DNA of 64,000 nucleotides from Octopus vulgaris. Lineage: Eukaryota. The notes beneath the pieces are model-generated. The model saw only the letters and a program-made list of their open reading frames with translations, did no database searches and was not told the DNA's origin. Position 1 is the stretch's first letter; each line of letters opens with the position of its first letter. Below are positions 27,866 to 40,760 of this stretch, one piece after another. The stretch lies in contig OX597838.1 of the NCBI GenBank assembly GCA_951406725.2, positions 43,648,001-43,712,000 of the forward strand, in the 5' to 3' direction. The position numbers were made by a program, and so were the translations under genes.

Positions 27866-27905
27866 GCGTGTGTGTGTATGAGCGCGTGTGTGTATAAATA
27901 TATGT

Positions 27906-27966
<61 letters not shown>

Positions 27967-28044
27967 CACACAAATGCATACATACATATATGTATGTATA
28001 TATATACGTATGTATATATGTATATGTATGTATATATATACACG

Positions 28045-28318
28045 TGGAGGCACATGGCGGTCGAGGGATCGCGCGTTCGAATCTCAGACTGGGCGATGTG
28101 TGTGTTTATGAGCGAAACACCAAAGCCCCACGCGGCTCCGGCAGAAGGTAATGGCGAACTTCTGCTGACTCTTTCGCCACAACTTTCTCTCACTCTTTCC
28201 TCCTGCATCTTGCAGCTCACCTGCGACGGACCGGCGTCCCGTCCAGGTGGGGAACCTATACGCCAAGGAAACCGGGAAACCGGCCCTTATGAGCCAGCCA
28301 TGGCCCGAGAAGGAACAA
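28045..28318 (+). mobile_element. SINE family C
   Basis: Homologous to 10008 and 19125. Confidence 0.78.
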
Positions 28319-28383
28319 ACACATATATTTACATATATATATATGCATATACGTAAATACGTACATACATACAAACACACACA

Positions 28384-28432
<49 letters not shown>

Positions 28433-28479
28433 ACACACACACACACATATATATATGTATGTATGTACGTATCCTTTAT

Positions 28480-28712
28480 CTTTTGCATTTTACTCGTTTC
28501 AGTCTTCAGACTGCGGCCATGCTGGGGCATCTACATGAAGAATTTTAGTTGAGCGAATCGACCGCAGTACTTTTGTTTTTTAAGTCTGGTACTTATTCTA
28601 TCGGTCTCTTTGGCCGAGCCGCTAAGTTATGGGCACGTAAACGCACCAGCATCGGTTGTCAATCAATATTGGGGGAGGGGGCAATCACAGATACAAACAT
28701 ATACACACACGT

Positions 28713-28808
<96 letters not shown>

Positions 28809-28988
28809 GTATATATACATATACGACGGGCTTCTTTCAGTTTCCGTCTACCAAATCCACTCACAAGGCTTTGGTTGCCCCGAGGCTATAGTAGGAGACA
28901 CTTGCCCAAGGTGCCACGCAGTGACACTGAACCCGGATCCATGTGGTTGGTAAGCAAGCTACTTACCACACAGCCACTCCTACGCCTA
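28480..28988 (-). mobile_element. SINE family A
   Basis: Diagnostic motifs with central (TA)n. Confidence 0.88.
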
Positions 28989-28999
28989 TAACATCTCTC

Positions 29000-29067
<68 letters not shown>

Positions 29068-29342
29068 TGGTCATAAATATAATTGCTTCAAATATTAGCA
29101 CAAGACATGCAATTATGATCAGGGGTGTGCTAATCGACGCCATCGAACTCGATACATGGGTGGGATTATATTCCATACCCTCCGAAAGACTAAAAGACAG
29201 TCGACCTCGGTAGGTTTTGAACTCAAAATGTCTTGAACCCCACCAAAAATACCGCATGTAAATCAATATGTGTGTGTGTGTGTGTGCGTGCGTGTATAAT
29301 TCGAAGCAATTATAGATATGTTTATGTTATATACGCTTAAGC

Positions 29343-29418
<76 letters not shown>

Positions 29419-29419
29419 G

Positions 29420-29480
<61 letters not shown>

Positions 29481-30349
29481 TTGAGTTCGAGTGTATCAGA
29501 TTGCATGCATGTATGTGTACATGGCTAGAGAGATAAAACTATATAAGGATATACATATGTAGCTTCTGAAGTTTGTAATATTAGAAAACATTCTGCACAA
29601 GTGAACATATATATGTACATTATATATATATGCTTATGTGTGTATATTCACACAGATAGGCAATAGTTTTGATATGTAATTTTTGTATGTAGCTGGTGGT
29701 AAACAATAAACTGTATATTCAGCCTAGATTTGAAGAGGTGTACATCGCCTACTTCACTATCCTCCTTGAATTCCAATTCTCGGAACAGTGAGCTCTCTTG
29801 GAGATGAGGCGAAATAGCGTAAGGAAATTGCAGAACTGGTCATTCAACCGGTCGTCAATCCTTTAATTTTTCTCTCATTTTGATATATGCTTATATATAT
29901 ATATATATATATCAAGAAAGAGAGAGAGAGATAAACAGTTATCTATGTTTGTGTATCTTAATGATATTGACTTCAAATATTGGCACAAGGCCAGCAAGTT
30001 TGGGGGAGGGTGTTAGTCGATTACTTCGACCCCAGTGCATAACTGCTACTTATTTTATATCGGTCTCGAAAAGATGATAGGCAAAGTCGAACTCGGCGGA
30101 ATTTGAACTCAGAACCTAAAGATGGACGAAACGACACTAAGCATTTTCCCGCCGTGCTAACGATTCTGCCAGCTGCCGTCTTTAATCATATAAACGTATC
30201 ATAATCATATAGAAGGTGCGTAAGGTATTTGAGGCGAATTTTTTTTTCTAATTTTAGAAAAACATGCACATAATAACAGAAAACAACTTTATAAACGGCG
30301 GTGCACCAGCATGGCCGCAGCACTGAGCTGAAACTAGAGAGAAAAAAAG

Positions 30350-31722
30350 CAGTAACAATTGATTACGTCGACATCAGAGAAGGTAATACTGGCCATGAAT
30401 GAGGTAGATGCAAACTCAGCTGCTGGCCCCTGACGGATTCCCAGTAATCCTTCTCAAATCATGCAAACGAGCCCTTGCAAAATCACTGCAGCTTCCTTTC
30501 CTAGAACTTCCTTGCAAGTGGTAAGCTGCCAGGCAAATTGAAGGAATATACCCTATCCATAGAGGAGGAAGAAGACCGGTTGCTAAAATTTATACGCCTA
30601 TCTATCTGACTTCACATACCAGCAAAGTCATGGAGGGAATAGTCAAATTCCGCAGAATTTGAACTCAGAACGTAAAGATAGGCGAAATGCCGCTAAGAAT
30701 TTCGACCGGCGTGCTAACGTTTCTGTCAGCGCGAATATTACCGCATGAAGGAAATAAATTGCATCCGTTGGGGAGAATGACTTGCTGACTGACACCCAAC
30801 ACGGTTTCAACTAGGTTGAAGCTGACACAGCTCTTGCAGCACTGTGGCTTGGTGTTGAAGCAGCAGTTCAACAACTTTAATCTCGACTTTGCGAGACCCT
30901 TTGACAAAGTTGCAAAACTTGGAGAGTGGTCACATGACTTTCTAAAGCTAGAAATCCGAAAGTAACAAGGAAACGCAAATAATGAGTGGTGTTCCACCGG
31001 GCAATGTCTAGGGGTTACTGCTATTTATAGTGGCCCTCTCAGACCTGCCTTCAGCTGCTCAGATAGCCAACCTTGCTAGCTATGCAGATGATGCAAAAGT
31101 CTATAAGAGAATATAGAACCCTGGAAGTACTGCGCACCTGCAACAAGAGTTTGGCATAATATGCAGGTGGACTGAGGACAACTACATGCAGTTTAATGCT
31201 TGAAATTTCCATGCCCTGCGCTACCAGCACACAAAGCTGAATGAAATGCAAATGTTATACACAGGTTCAGGGTGTGTGTGTGTGTGGGGGACTGTAATCA
31301 TTGAATCAAAATCAGTGCGCGACCTGGGTATTGGGGTATTGACATGAGTAATGATGCTTCTTTCCAGGTACATATTAATAATTTGGCACTAAAATACACA
31401 AGGCTGGCTGGTTGGATCCTTAGAACTTTTAGAACGAGCTGAAAACCATGACGGTCCTTTATCTTCAGCCATTTCGACTATTGTCCCCAACTATGGTCAC
31501 CACACAGTGTAAAATTAACAACGGAACTCGAAGAGACTGAAAAAGTTAAGATTCTACTCCTTAGAGCGAAAGCGGGAAACATATGCAATGATATATATCT
31601 GGAAAACCCTGGAAGAACTTGTACCAAACTTTGGCATTGAAAGTGACATAAACAAAATTGGACGTTACTGCATAGTGCCAAAAATCTCAACATTGCCATC
31701 AAGATACAGGAACAGCTACAGC
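30350..31722 (+). pseudogene. Decayed copy of the CR1/L2-group LINE family at 56-60 kb, interrupted by SINE pieces
   Basis: EVDANSAAGP-DGFP..LLKSCKRALAK, SHTSKVME, DFARPFDKV and TLASYADD match ORF2 at 56379-59240; many frameshifts. Confidence 0.88.
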
Positions 31723-31732
31723 AACAGGGTGT

Positions 31733-32638
31733 AGAGCTGGCGAGCTGGCGAAATGCTTAGCGGTATTTCGTCTGCCAGTTACGCACTGGGGTCGATATAA
31801 TCGACTTAATCCGTTTGTCTGTCCTTGTTTGTCCCCTCTGTGACAATTTATACGCCTATCTATCTGTCCTTGTTTGTCCCCTCTGTGACAATTTATACGC
31901 CTATCTATCTGACTTCACATACCAGCAAAGTCATGGAGGGAATAGTCAAATTCCGCAGAATATCTGACCTTGTTTGTCCCCTCTGTGACAATTTATACGC
32001 CTTGTGGGTAGTAAAGAAATAGGTATTTCGTCTGCTGCTACGTTCTGAATTCAAATTCCGCCGAGGTCGACTTTGCCTTTCATCCTTTCGGAAGTCGATA
32101 AATTAAGCATCAGTTACGAACTGGGGTCGATGTAATCGACTTAATCCGTTTGTCTGTCTTAGTTTGTCCCCTCTATGTTTAGCCCCTTGTGGGCGATAAA
32201 GAAATAAGATCTTCATAGGGTGTCTTGAAAACAAAGCTGGATCGCGTATATTTGTTTCTTTATTGACCACAGAGGGCTAAACATAGAGAGGACAACGGGA
32301 TTAAGTCGATTACATCGACCCCAGTGCATAACTGGTACTTATTTAATCGACCCCAAAAGGATGAAAGGCAAAGTCGACCTCGGTGGAATTTGAACTCAGA
32401 ACGTAAGACAGACGAAATACCTATTTCTATTTCTTTACTACCCACAGGGAGGACAAACAAGGACAGACAAACGGATTAAGTTATTATATCGACCCCAGTG
32501 CGTAACTGGTACTTATTTAATCGACCCCGAAAAGATGAAAGGCAAAGTCGACCTCGGCGGTATTTGAACTCAGAACGTAACGGCAGGCGAAATACTGCTA
32601 AGAATTTCGCCCGGCGTGCTAACGTCTCTGCCAGCTCG
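31733..32638. mobile_element. SINE family B cluster (+ 31733-32208; - 32258-32638)
   Basis: Tail-to-tail tandem family B units. Confidence 0.85.
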
Positions 32639-32661
32639 TATATTACCGTATATAATTATAT

Positions 32662-33060
32662 GTGGTAATACGAAAAAAAAAAAAAAGAAAAAGAAAAAGA
32701 GACGACAAAGGAATAAGCGATTACCTTATGAACTTGATTAACTTATAGCTGTTTCGGACTTTAAGATGCGATGAGCTCATAGTTTGAGTGTCTGAATAAC
32801 AACTTATAACTTCATCGGAACCTCGGATATGGATGGCAATTTATTTTAGAAAACAGTTACATTTACATATATATACAGGAAGCATTGTAATTGTCTTTGC
32901 AGATATATTGCACTTCATGTTCGAGGCTCCGATGAAGCGATAAGGTATTACACAGGCATTCAACATTGAGTCACCGTATCATATTGCAGAAACAGCTGTC
33001 AGCTTATGAAGTTCATAAGATAATCGCTTGTTTCTTTGTCATCTCTTGTTTCATATTACC
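32662..33060. mobile_element. Foldback element with hammerhead motifs on both strands
   Basis: Imperfect ~400-bp palindrome. Plus-strand HHR at 32924-33005; degenerate mirror on the minus strand at about 32740-32822. Confidence 0.7.
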
Positions 33061-34132
33061 GCTCTAGACCCGACTAGCGCTTCGTTCAGAAGCATGTGTG
33101 TATTGAGTTAAGCGAATTATTAATTATATGTGCATAGCTTGCGTTTCTAAATATCTATCTGTCTGTCTGTCTGTCCTCTTTCATCTCTCTATGAGTATTT
33201 CTCTTAACTCACTGAATCTTTATATCATAAGATTCAGAACTTATATATAGTGTTTTCAATAGTTGGTTGAAGTGATTGCTGCCAGCAATTAAGACCTAAT
33301 TTCTGGACACAAGGATTTAGAAGTGTGATAATAATATTTAGAATTCTCCAGATGTCTCGAAGACATTTTCTCTGTTCCATTAAGTTCACGGTTAAAATCA
33401 TTGCAAAATGGTACTTTCTCAGTTTTTCTTCTTTTCTCCCTTTCTACTCCTTCCTCTCCTTTTCTCTCTCTTTCATCTACTTCTTTCTCCTCTCCCCACT
33501 TTTACCCCTCCCCCCACTCTCACATCTACTTCTTTCTTCTCTCCCCACATTCACCCCTCCCTCCCTAATCTCCTTCTCCCTTTCTGCTCCTCTATCTTCC
33601 TATCTTTTAGCTACTGCTTACCTACACACATTTTGCGGTCCACAGTTGCAGAAATGATTCGATCTCATGATATATAAAGGGGCGTGACAGGGCGTCGAAA
33701 GACACAAAGTTGTTAATTATAGCAGTCTGACGGAATGTGGTACGATATTTTCTCTGGTTTTCCGCGCTCCGAGTTCAAATCCTACGTGTTCCACTTTATA
33801 CCGCCACACTTTTTTCTTAAAAAAGCATAAAAAAGAAAACCCTTTCGGTGTTGGTATATAAAATGCCATTCAGTCAAGTGAAGTTTATTTGCAACATAAT
33901 TGTTCAAATCACGCAATGACCAGCTTTGTCTTCCTTCATTACGTGGTGGTTCAATAACGAACACATAGGATCGAACCTACCTGTCTGCCTGTCTCTGAGG
34001 CTCACTTTACAGTCACCTGGATTCGGGTTCAGCCTTACTGCCCAACACCTAGAGCAAGTATCTTTACTCTAGCCCCAGGTCGACCAATGCTCCGTAAGTC
34101 AATTTGGTAGACGGCAACTGTGCGGAAGCCTG

Positions 34133-34172
<40 letters not shown>

Positions 34173-34212
34173 GCACACACACACGCACGCACACACACAC
34201 GCACACACACAC

Positions 34213-34264
<52 letters not shown>

Positions 34265-34407
34265 CTCCCCACTGTTTGACGACCGTTGCTGGTTTGTTTA
34301 CGTCTCAATTCATCGTTCGACTAAAATTGGTCGACTATAACACTTCAAGCCGGTGCCTCGGCATGGCTGCTTTCCAGTGACTGTGACTAGTAAGAGGTAA
34401 TATATAT

Positions 34408-34442
<35 letters not shown>

Positions 34443-35713
34443 CTCTCCCGTCGAAGACGATGTATGAGCGTTTCGCTTTTTGCCGAACGACTAGCACAAA
34501 TGTTGTTTATAGTAATCAAACGTTCGTGCCACCCATTAGCTCACTCTTTCCATCAAATCGATGTTGTCTGAAAAGGTGACACTGTGTGCCACGCGTCAGG
34601 TGTCGAAGTCATCGCAGAGCAACTTGAGATGAAGTATTTTGCTCAAGAGCACCGTCCGATCTAGGAACTGAAATCATGATATCGCGATCGTCAGTGCAAC
34701 ACCCTAACCCCTAAGCCATGTGCCCCCCATTATTTATAAATTGAGGTTACATATATTTCCTGGATAGCAGATCATCTGATGTAATAATTGCTCAACGAGG
34801 GGTCAGCTGCTCATCAGGCCGAAGATACCTTAATTATATGAAGGTTACTACACTGTCGTTAAGAAAGACCAAGTTAACAGGCCAAAGATATATTTTGAGC
34901 TATAAAATTTTTTTTTCAGCTGATCGATATGTGCAAAGCCTACAACCTTCGCCAATAAAATATTGCTTCTGAACGTTGTTTTCCTATACCTCGAAGCTTA
35001 CAATCTTCCTACACTCAGTTCCTTGGCTCTTATAATTACATATCAATGAAATAATGAAATATATACTTTTATTCATTTACTTGTTTCAGTCATACTGGGG
35101 AACCACTCTGAAAGATTTTTAGTCGAAGAAATCGATCCTAAGACTTCTTTTGCCTAGTACTTATTCTATCAGTCTCTTATGCCGATACTTGCCCAGGGAC
35201 TGAAACCGGATCCACGTGGTTGGGAAGCAAAAGAATCATACAATTAATACAGGCATGATAGGAAAAAAAAACAAACATTTAGTGAACATGAATAGCGTCT
35301 TACCTCCGCCAAGAATTTTGTGATCTTTCTGTATCTTAGAAGTATTTTGACTTCTATTTTTAGCATTGCAGGTGCTTATGTAGTACCCTATTATATATAG
35401 ATATATTTATATATCTTATATTTAATTTATTAATTTGCCTATACTGCTCGCGGCATTCTAATATTTATAATTTGTTTGTATCAATAGAGTTCGACCACTC
35501 AAATGAATTTACAGACATGCTAGTGGGTGAATTCCAGTAGCTGTCACTGGCAGGTTTGACTGAGGAGATTCAAGCGCATTTGGCGCTAAATTTGAAATCA
35601 CGACATCAAATTAACCAGCATTCCTTTGCATACTTGGCAGAGGGAAAACGCTTTTGTTGTTCACTAAAATACGATATATATAAGATATATAAATATATTT
35701 ATATATCTTATCA

Positions 35714-36111
35714 CTTTTACTCTTTTATTTGTTTCAATCATTTGACTGTGGCCATGCTGGAGCACTGCCTTTTAGTTGAGCAATTCGACCCCAGGACTTA
35801 TTTTTCGTAAGCCTAGTACTTATTCTATCGGTCTCTTTTGCCGAACCGCTACGTTACGGGGATGTAAACACAGCAGCATCGGCTGTCAAGCGATGTTGGG
35901 GGGACCGAACACAGATACACAAACATACACGCACATACATATATTATATATACATATGTATACGACGGGCTTCTTTCAGTTTCCGTCTACCAAATCCACT
36001 CACAAGGCTTTGGTCGGCCCGAGGCTATAGCAGAAAATACACGCAGTGGGACTGAACCCGGAATCATGTGGTTGGTAAGCAAGCTACTTACCACACAGCC
36101 ACTCCTGCGCC
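35714..36111 (-). mobile_element. SINE family A (complete)
   Basis: Head, microsatellite and tail all present. Confidence 0.9.
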
Positions 36112-36537
36112 TATATATATATATATATATATATGTAAATTAACTCTACTTTTTAATTCATCTATGTTACATAAAACATTTAACTAAACCCTGGAACTTC
36201 TACCTTTATAAGTAGGCTGTAACATTCTTGGCACTTACGTGAATTTTTGCTACTCTGGTAACTAATAATTTTTTCCGTGTTATTTGTACACAATGAAGAA
36301 AAAATACACATACATTTATATATATTTATAAATAATGAGGGTGATAAATTGAATAATTTTAAATAATTATGTTCTCTAACTGGCAACATTAACTGCAGTG
36401 AAATATCTTCTGCAGAACTGTTTCCGGGATTTAGCGCGCCAGAACTGAGGCATTTGAATCGGTAGAACTGTACACACGTCTAATTTTATGAGGACAACTC
36501 GTATATAGTTCTACATATTATACTGAATTAGAACGAT

Positions 36538-36601
36538 CGTGCTGAAGAGTCCACGGACGGTGTTACGTAAGTAAAGTCGTTAATGACGAAACCGGTCTAC
36601 G
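36538..36601 (+). ncRNA. Minimal type I hammerhead ribozyme (canonical core)
   Basis: CGUG-CUGAAGA-GUC...GAC-GAAAC-CG-GUC-UACG; predicted cleavage after 36597. Confidence 0.75.
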
Positions 36602-36647
36602 TTTAATTTTTTATTTTGTATATTTTCTTCTGTCTTTCCCGCTTATG

Positions 36648-37003
36648 TACACTGCAACATAATTTCTTTTCCTCAACAGGCCCTTCCCTATTTAACATTG
36701 TCCCGAGGGAGATCAAAGAGGAAAAGGATCCCATCAACTTTAAACAGAGTCTGGATAGATTCCTTCAAAGAATACCAGATAAGCCACCCATAATTGGATA
36801 CAACTCACCCACCAAGAACTCACTACTTGAACAAAACTGGATACAACTCACCCAACAAGAACTCACTACTTGAACAAAACTTGACTTAAACAAAACTTGA
36901 CTTAAACAGGATTCGAATAATCCTATCAGGTGGTGCTATTAAGTTAGACATGGCCTGGACCAATCTTTGGTCGAAACATACCTAAGTTTATCTAAGTCTA
37001 AGT
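36648..37003 (+). mobile_element. CR1/L2-group LINE 3' fragment
   Basis: FSSTGPSLFNIVP...FKQSLDRFLQRIPDKP...NSLLE; (CTAAGT)-like tail; TTATGT on both sides (possible TSD). Confidence 0.82.
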
Positions 37004-37149
37004 TTATGTTCTGGTGTTTGCTGAATTTTTCTAGAGAACATTCCTTTCTTTGTGGTTTGATCGTAGGTGATCTACTTCTAGCATATTGGATGTCCACTTA
37101 GTAGTCATCCCTTTATATACGCATGTATATATATATATATATATATATA

Positions 37150-38261
37150 TTGGGTTGTCCGGAAAGTTCGTGCCATTTATAATAGCGTACTTATTTTAGA
37201 ACATGGTTGAGTCCATAAAATAGGATTTGACTACACCTCCATTTAGAGCACAGTTTAAACTATCTTTTCGTGGAAGAAGGTTTATATTCCTATAATCTGT
37301 GTTAATTCTGTAACCCTTTAAAATGGAAGATAAGAAAGTTCATTTGCAGCACTTGATGCTTTTCTTTTTTCGTAAAGGGAAAAATGCCTCACAAGCAACC
37401 AAAGAAATATGCGCAGTTTACGGTGATGTTTCTTTATCCAAAAGAACTGTACGGAAGTGGTTCGCAAGGTTCCGAGCTAGAAATTGTAGCCTTATAGATA
37501 AAGAACGATCAGGCAGACCATCCACTACAGATGATGACCAAATAAAGTCATTAATTGAGAATAACCCACACTACACAACTCGAGAATTGGCAGAAAGCAT
37601 CAACCTATCGAAATCCGTCGAGAAATGGATTATCTACCGAAATGTTCAGAGAAAGCGGCCCTGGAATAAGCGACATGAGCCACCGTTAGCCACTCCGAAA
37701 GCGGGCTTCACCCCAAAATAGTCTTGCTTTGTGTCTAGTCGGATTGGAAAGGAATTCTGTACTATGAGCTTCTCTTAAGTAACCCAACAATTAATTCTGA
37801 GAAATACTGCACACAACTGGATGAGTTAAAAGCAGCAGTTGAAGTGAAAGGTCCAGAATTGGCCAACAGGAAGGGTGTTGTTTTTCAACATGATAATATA
37901 AGACCGCACGTTTATTTGGGAACCAGACAAAAATTGCTGGAGCTCGGCTGGGATTTGTTACTCCACCCTACATATTCATCAGATATTGCTCCTTCGGATT
38001 TCCACTTATGCAGGTCTCTGCAGAATAGTCTTAATGGCAAAAATTTCAATTCCTTGGATGCCGTAAAAAGATACCTTGACGAATGCTTTGCCATGGAACC
38101 ACCTCAATTCTGGGAAGAGGGTATTTTCAAGTTAAAGGAAAGATGGAGACGCATTGTGCAACAAAATGGTTAATATTTGGTTGATTAAAAATGTAATGGC
38201 AAGTATTTATTGACCTTTATCTTTCCTTTAAAAATCAGCACGAACTTTCCGGACAACCCGG
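37150..38261 (+). mobile_element. Mariner (DD34D) transposon with both TIRs, defective transposase
   Basis: TIRs GGGTTGTCCGGAAAGTTCGTGC / GCACGAACTTTCCGGACAACCC; ORF pieces 37323-37721 (HTH, RSGRP) and 37844-38173 (HDNIRPH...YSSDIAPSDFHL); internal deletion and stops. Confidence 0.95.
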
Positions 38262-38704
38262 AATATATTTATACACATACATACATATATATGTATGTAT
38301 TTTACTAGTACCATTTATACATACATACATACATACATACATACATACATACATACATACATACACACTCACACACACACATATATAATGATACACATCG
38401 CTTACTTGTCAGTGTGTTGACTTATATAATTTTGTTGGTTTAATTAACAGACACAATGACGGAAGCTGTGCCTAACATTATTTATTTTCATACATTTGCT
38501 TAACACTGTCACGTGTTATAAGCACGTCTGTCTGTCTACGTCCACCTTGTTTTTATGGTTTGCTTTCAGTGTTTGTGTTTTTAACATGCGGAACGGAAAG
38601 CTGTTTGCTCGTTCGTCGTTCAGCTTCGGCCCAGATGTTGGTGCAAGGACACCGAGAGGGGTTCCCCACGACCTTATCACAACATAGTAGAGCTAATTCT
38701 GTAT

Positions 38705-39019
38705 GAGTGTGAGTGAGAGAGAGAGAGAGAGAGAGGGACAGAGAGGGAGCGAGTGAGAGAGGGAAGAGAGAGAGGGAGAGGGGAGAGAGAGGGAGGGAGA
38801 AAGAGAGAAGAGGGGAGAGAGAGAGTGAGAGGGCAGAAAGAGGGGAAAGAGAGAGAGGGAGAGGAGAGAGAGAAGGAGAAAATAAGTGAGAAAGAGAGCG
38901 AGAGAAAGAGAGCGAGAGAAGAGAGAGAGAGAGAGAGGCGGAGAGAGAAAGACATCGGTAAAGTGAGGGAGAATAAAGAAGAGAGAGCGATAATAAAAGA
39001 GATCAAGAGAGAGAGAAAG

Positions 39020-39050
<31 letters not shown>

Positions 39051-39241
39051 GAGAGGGACAGAGAGGGAGCGAGTGAGAGAGAGAGAGAGAGGGAGAGGGG
39101 AGAGAGAGAGGGAGAAAGAGAGAAGAGGGGGAGAGAGAGTGAGAGGGCAGAAAGAGGGGAAAGAGAGAGAGGGAGAGGAGAGAGAGAGGGAGAGGAGAGA
39201 GAGAAGGAGAAAATAAGTGAGAAAGAGAGCGAGAGAAAGAG

Positions 39242-39289
<48 letters not shown>

Positions 39290-39719
39290 GAGAGAGAAAG
39301 ACATCGGTAAAGTGAGGGAGAATAAAGAAGAGGGAGCGAGAATAAAAGAGATCAAGAGAGAGAGAGAGAGGGAGAGAAAAGAGAGAATGAGGGAGGGAGA
39401 GAGAGAAAGAGAAAGCGAGAATAAAAGAAAGAGCGAGAGAAGAGAGAAAGAGAGAGAGAGAGGGGAGAGAGAGAGCGAAAGAGAGTGAAAGAACTAGAAA
39501 GAGAGAAGAGAAAGAGAAAAGGAGAGAGAGAGGTGGAACGAAAGAAAGAGAGAGAGAGAGAGAGGTGGAACGAAAGAAAGAGAGAGAGAGAGAAAAAAGT
39601 GAGAATGAAAGGTAGAGAAAGAGAACAAGAGAGAGCGTGAGGGAGCGAAAGAAAGCAAGATAGAGTGAAAGAAGGAGAGAAAGAGGAAGAAAAAGAAAGA
39701 GGGTGGAAGATCACTAGAA

Positions 39720-39797
<78 letters not shown>
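38705..39797. repeat. 1.1-kb polypurine (GA-rich) tract with an internal ~320-350 bp tandem duplication
   Basis: GACATCGGTAAAGTGAGGGAGAATAAAGAAGA at 38951 and 39300. Confidence 0.92.
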
Positions 39798-40539
39798 TAA
39801 GCGAGGAGGATTGTCATCAATAATTGATTGGTCTCTTTTTTCATTAATCCCCGTGATCAATAAGCTGAAGTGCTAATCAGGTATAGGCACAACATCGATT
39901 TCCAGGGACATGTAGTGCCAAAGTCCTTTTCAGTCCCTGATTTTTGAAATTCAAGGGTGATAACCGGTGTCAACACAGACTGGGTTAAGCCATAGAAGCT
40001 GCCCATCTCAACACTCCTTTCCTTCCACCTAGCTGCTCATCAGTCGCTATGTTGCTGGACTCACAAGCTTGTATATATACTAATGATTGTAGGCACGCGG
40101 TATTTCGTTAGACAACCGTAATATATTGCAAAGTATACGAAACGCTTTCATAAGTTAACACAATGTTCTACCGTGTTATCAGTGCGCTTTATAGAACTTG
40201 TTATGGTTATCTCTCCAAATATTCTCCAGAAATTATAGCCAACACTAATGTTTGTTTACATCTATAAATGGAAGGTTTACGATATCGGAAGAATATCGTC
40301 TTCTTCCATCATCTTTTTGTTCTTCGTGTAATTCAGGCGAAGAGAGAAGACTTCAAGTACAAATGCTATTTGCAACTGGTTTTATTTACAAGTTTTACAG
40401 GATAGGTGAAGCGTGCTGTTCTCAGCCACCATCTTTAGCTGTGTGCGGTGTGTAGTAGCTCCGTTAGTGCGAGCGCAAATTGCCTCTGGATGTACACATG
40501 CGGACAGGCCCAGCTGGTGGTGTGTTCAGCCAGCGCTGC

Positions 40540-40760
40540 TGTGAAGTGGAGCCAAAAGACACAGGTCTGAATCGGTTTTCCCTTTATATACAGTTTTCCA
40601 TCGCGAGCCTCGTTGTGATCTTGCGCATGGCAAATGGATGCAAGTGAGGTCTCGCTCCAGTCTCGCAGATGGCAATGGCTGCCTCGAGCTCTCATCCAAT
40701 ACGGCGCTGACTGCTTGTGCCGCTACACATCTGACGTCTCGGATACGAAACTTCGTAACA
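40540..40760 (-). promoter_or_regulatory. Candidate Pol II promoter (TATA, CCAAT, CRE-like)
   Basis: Unique, relatively GC-rich island; TATATAAAGG on the minus strand at 40581-40590, CCAAT near 40696, TGACGTC near 40732. Motif-based inference only. Confidence 0.3.

Noticed and set aside
40030-40060. CUGAUGA on the minus strand
   Set aside because: No properly placed GAAA, stem III or NUH partner.
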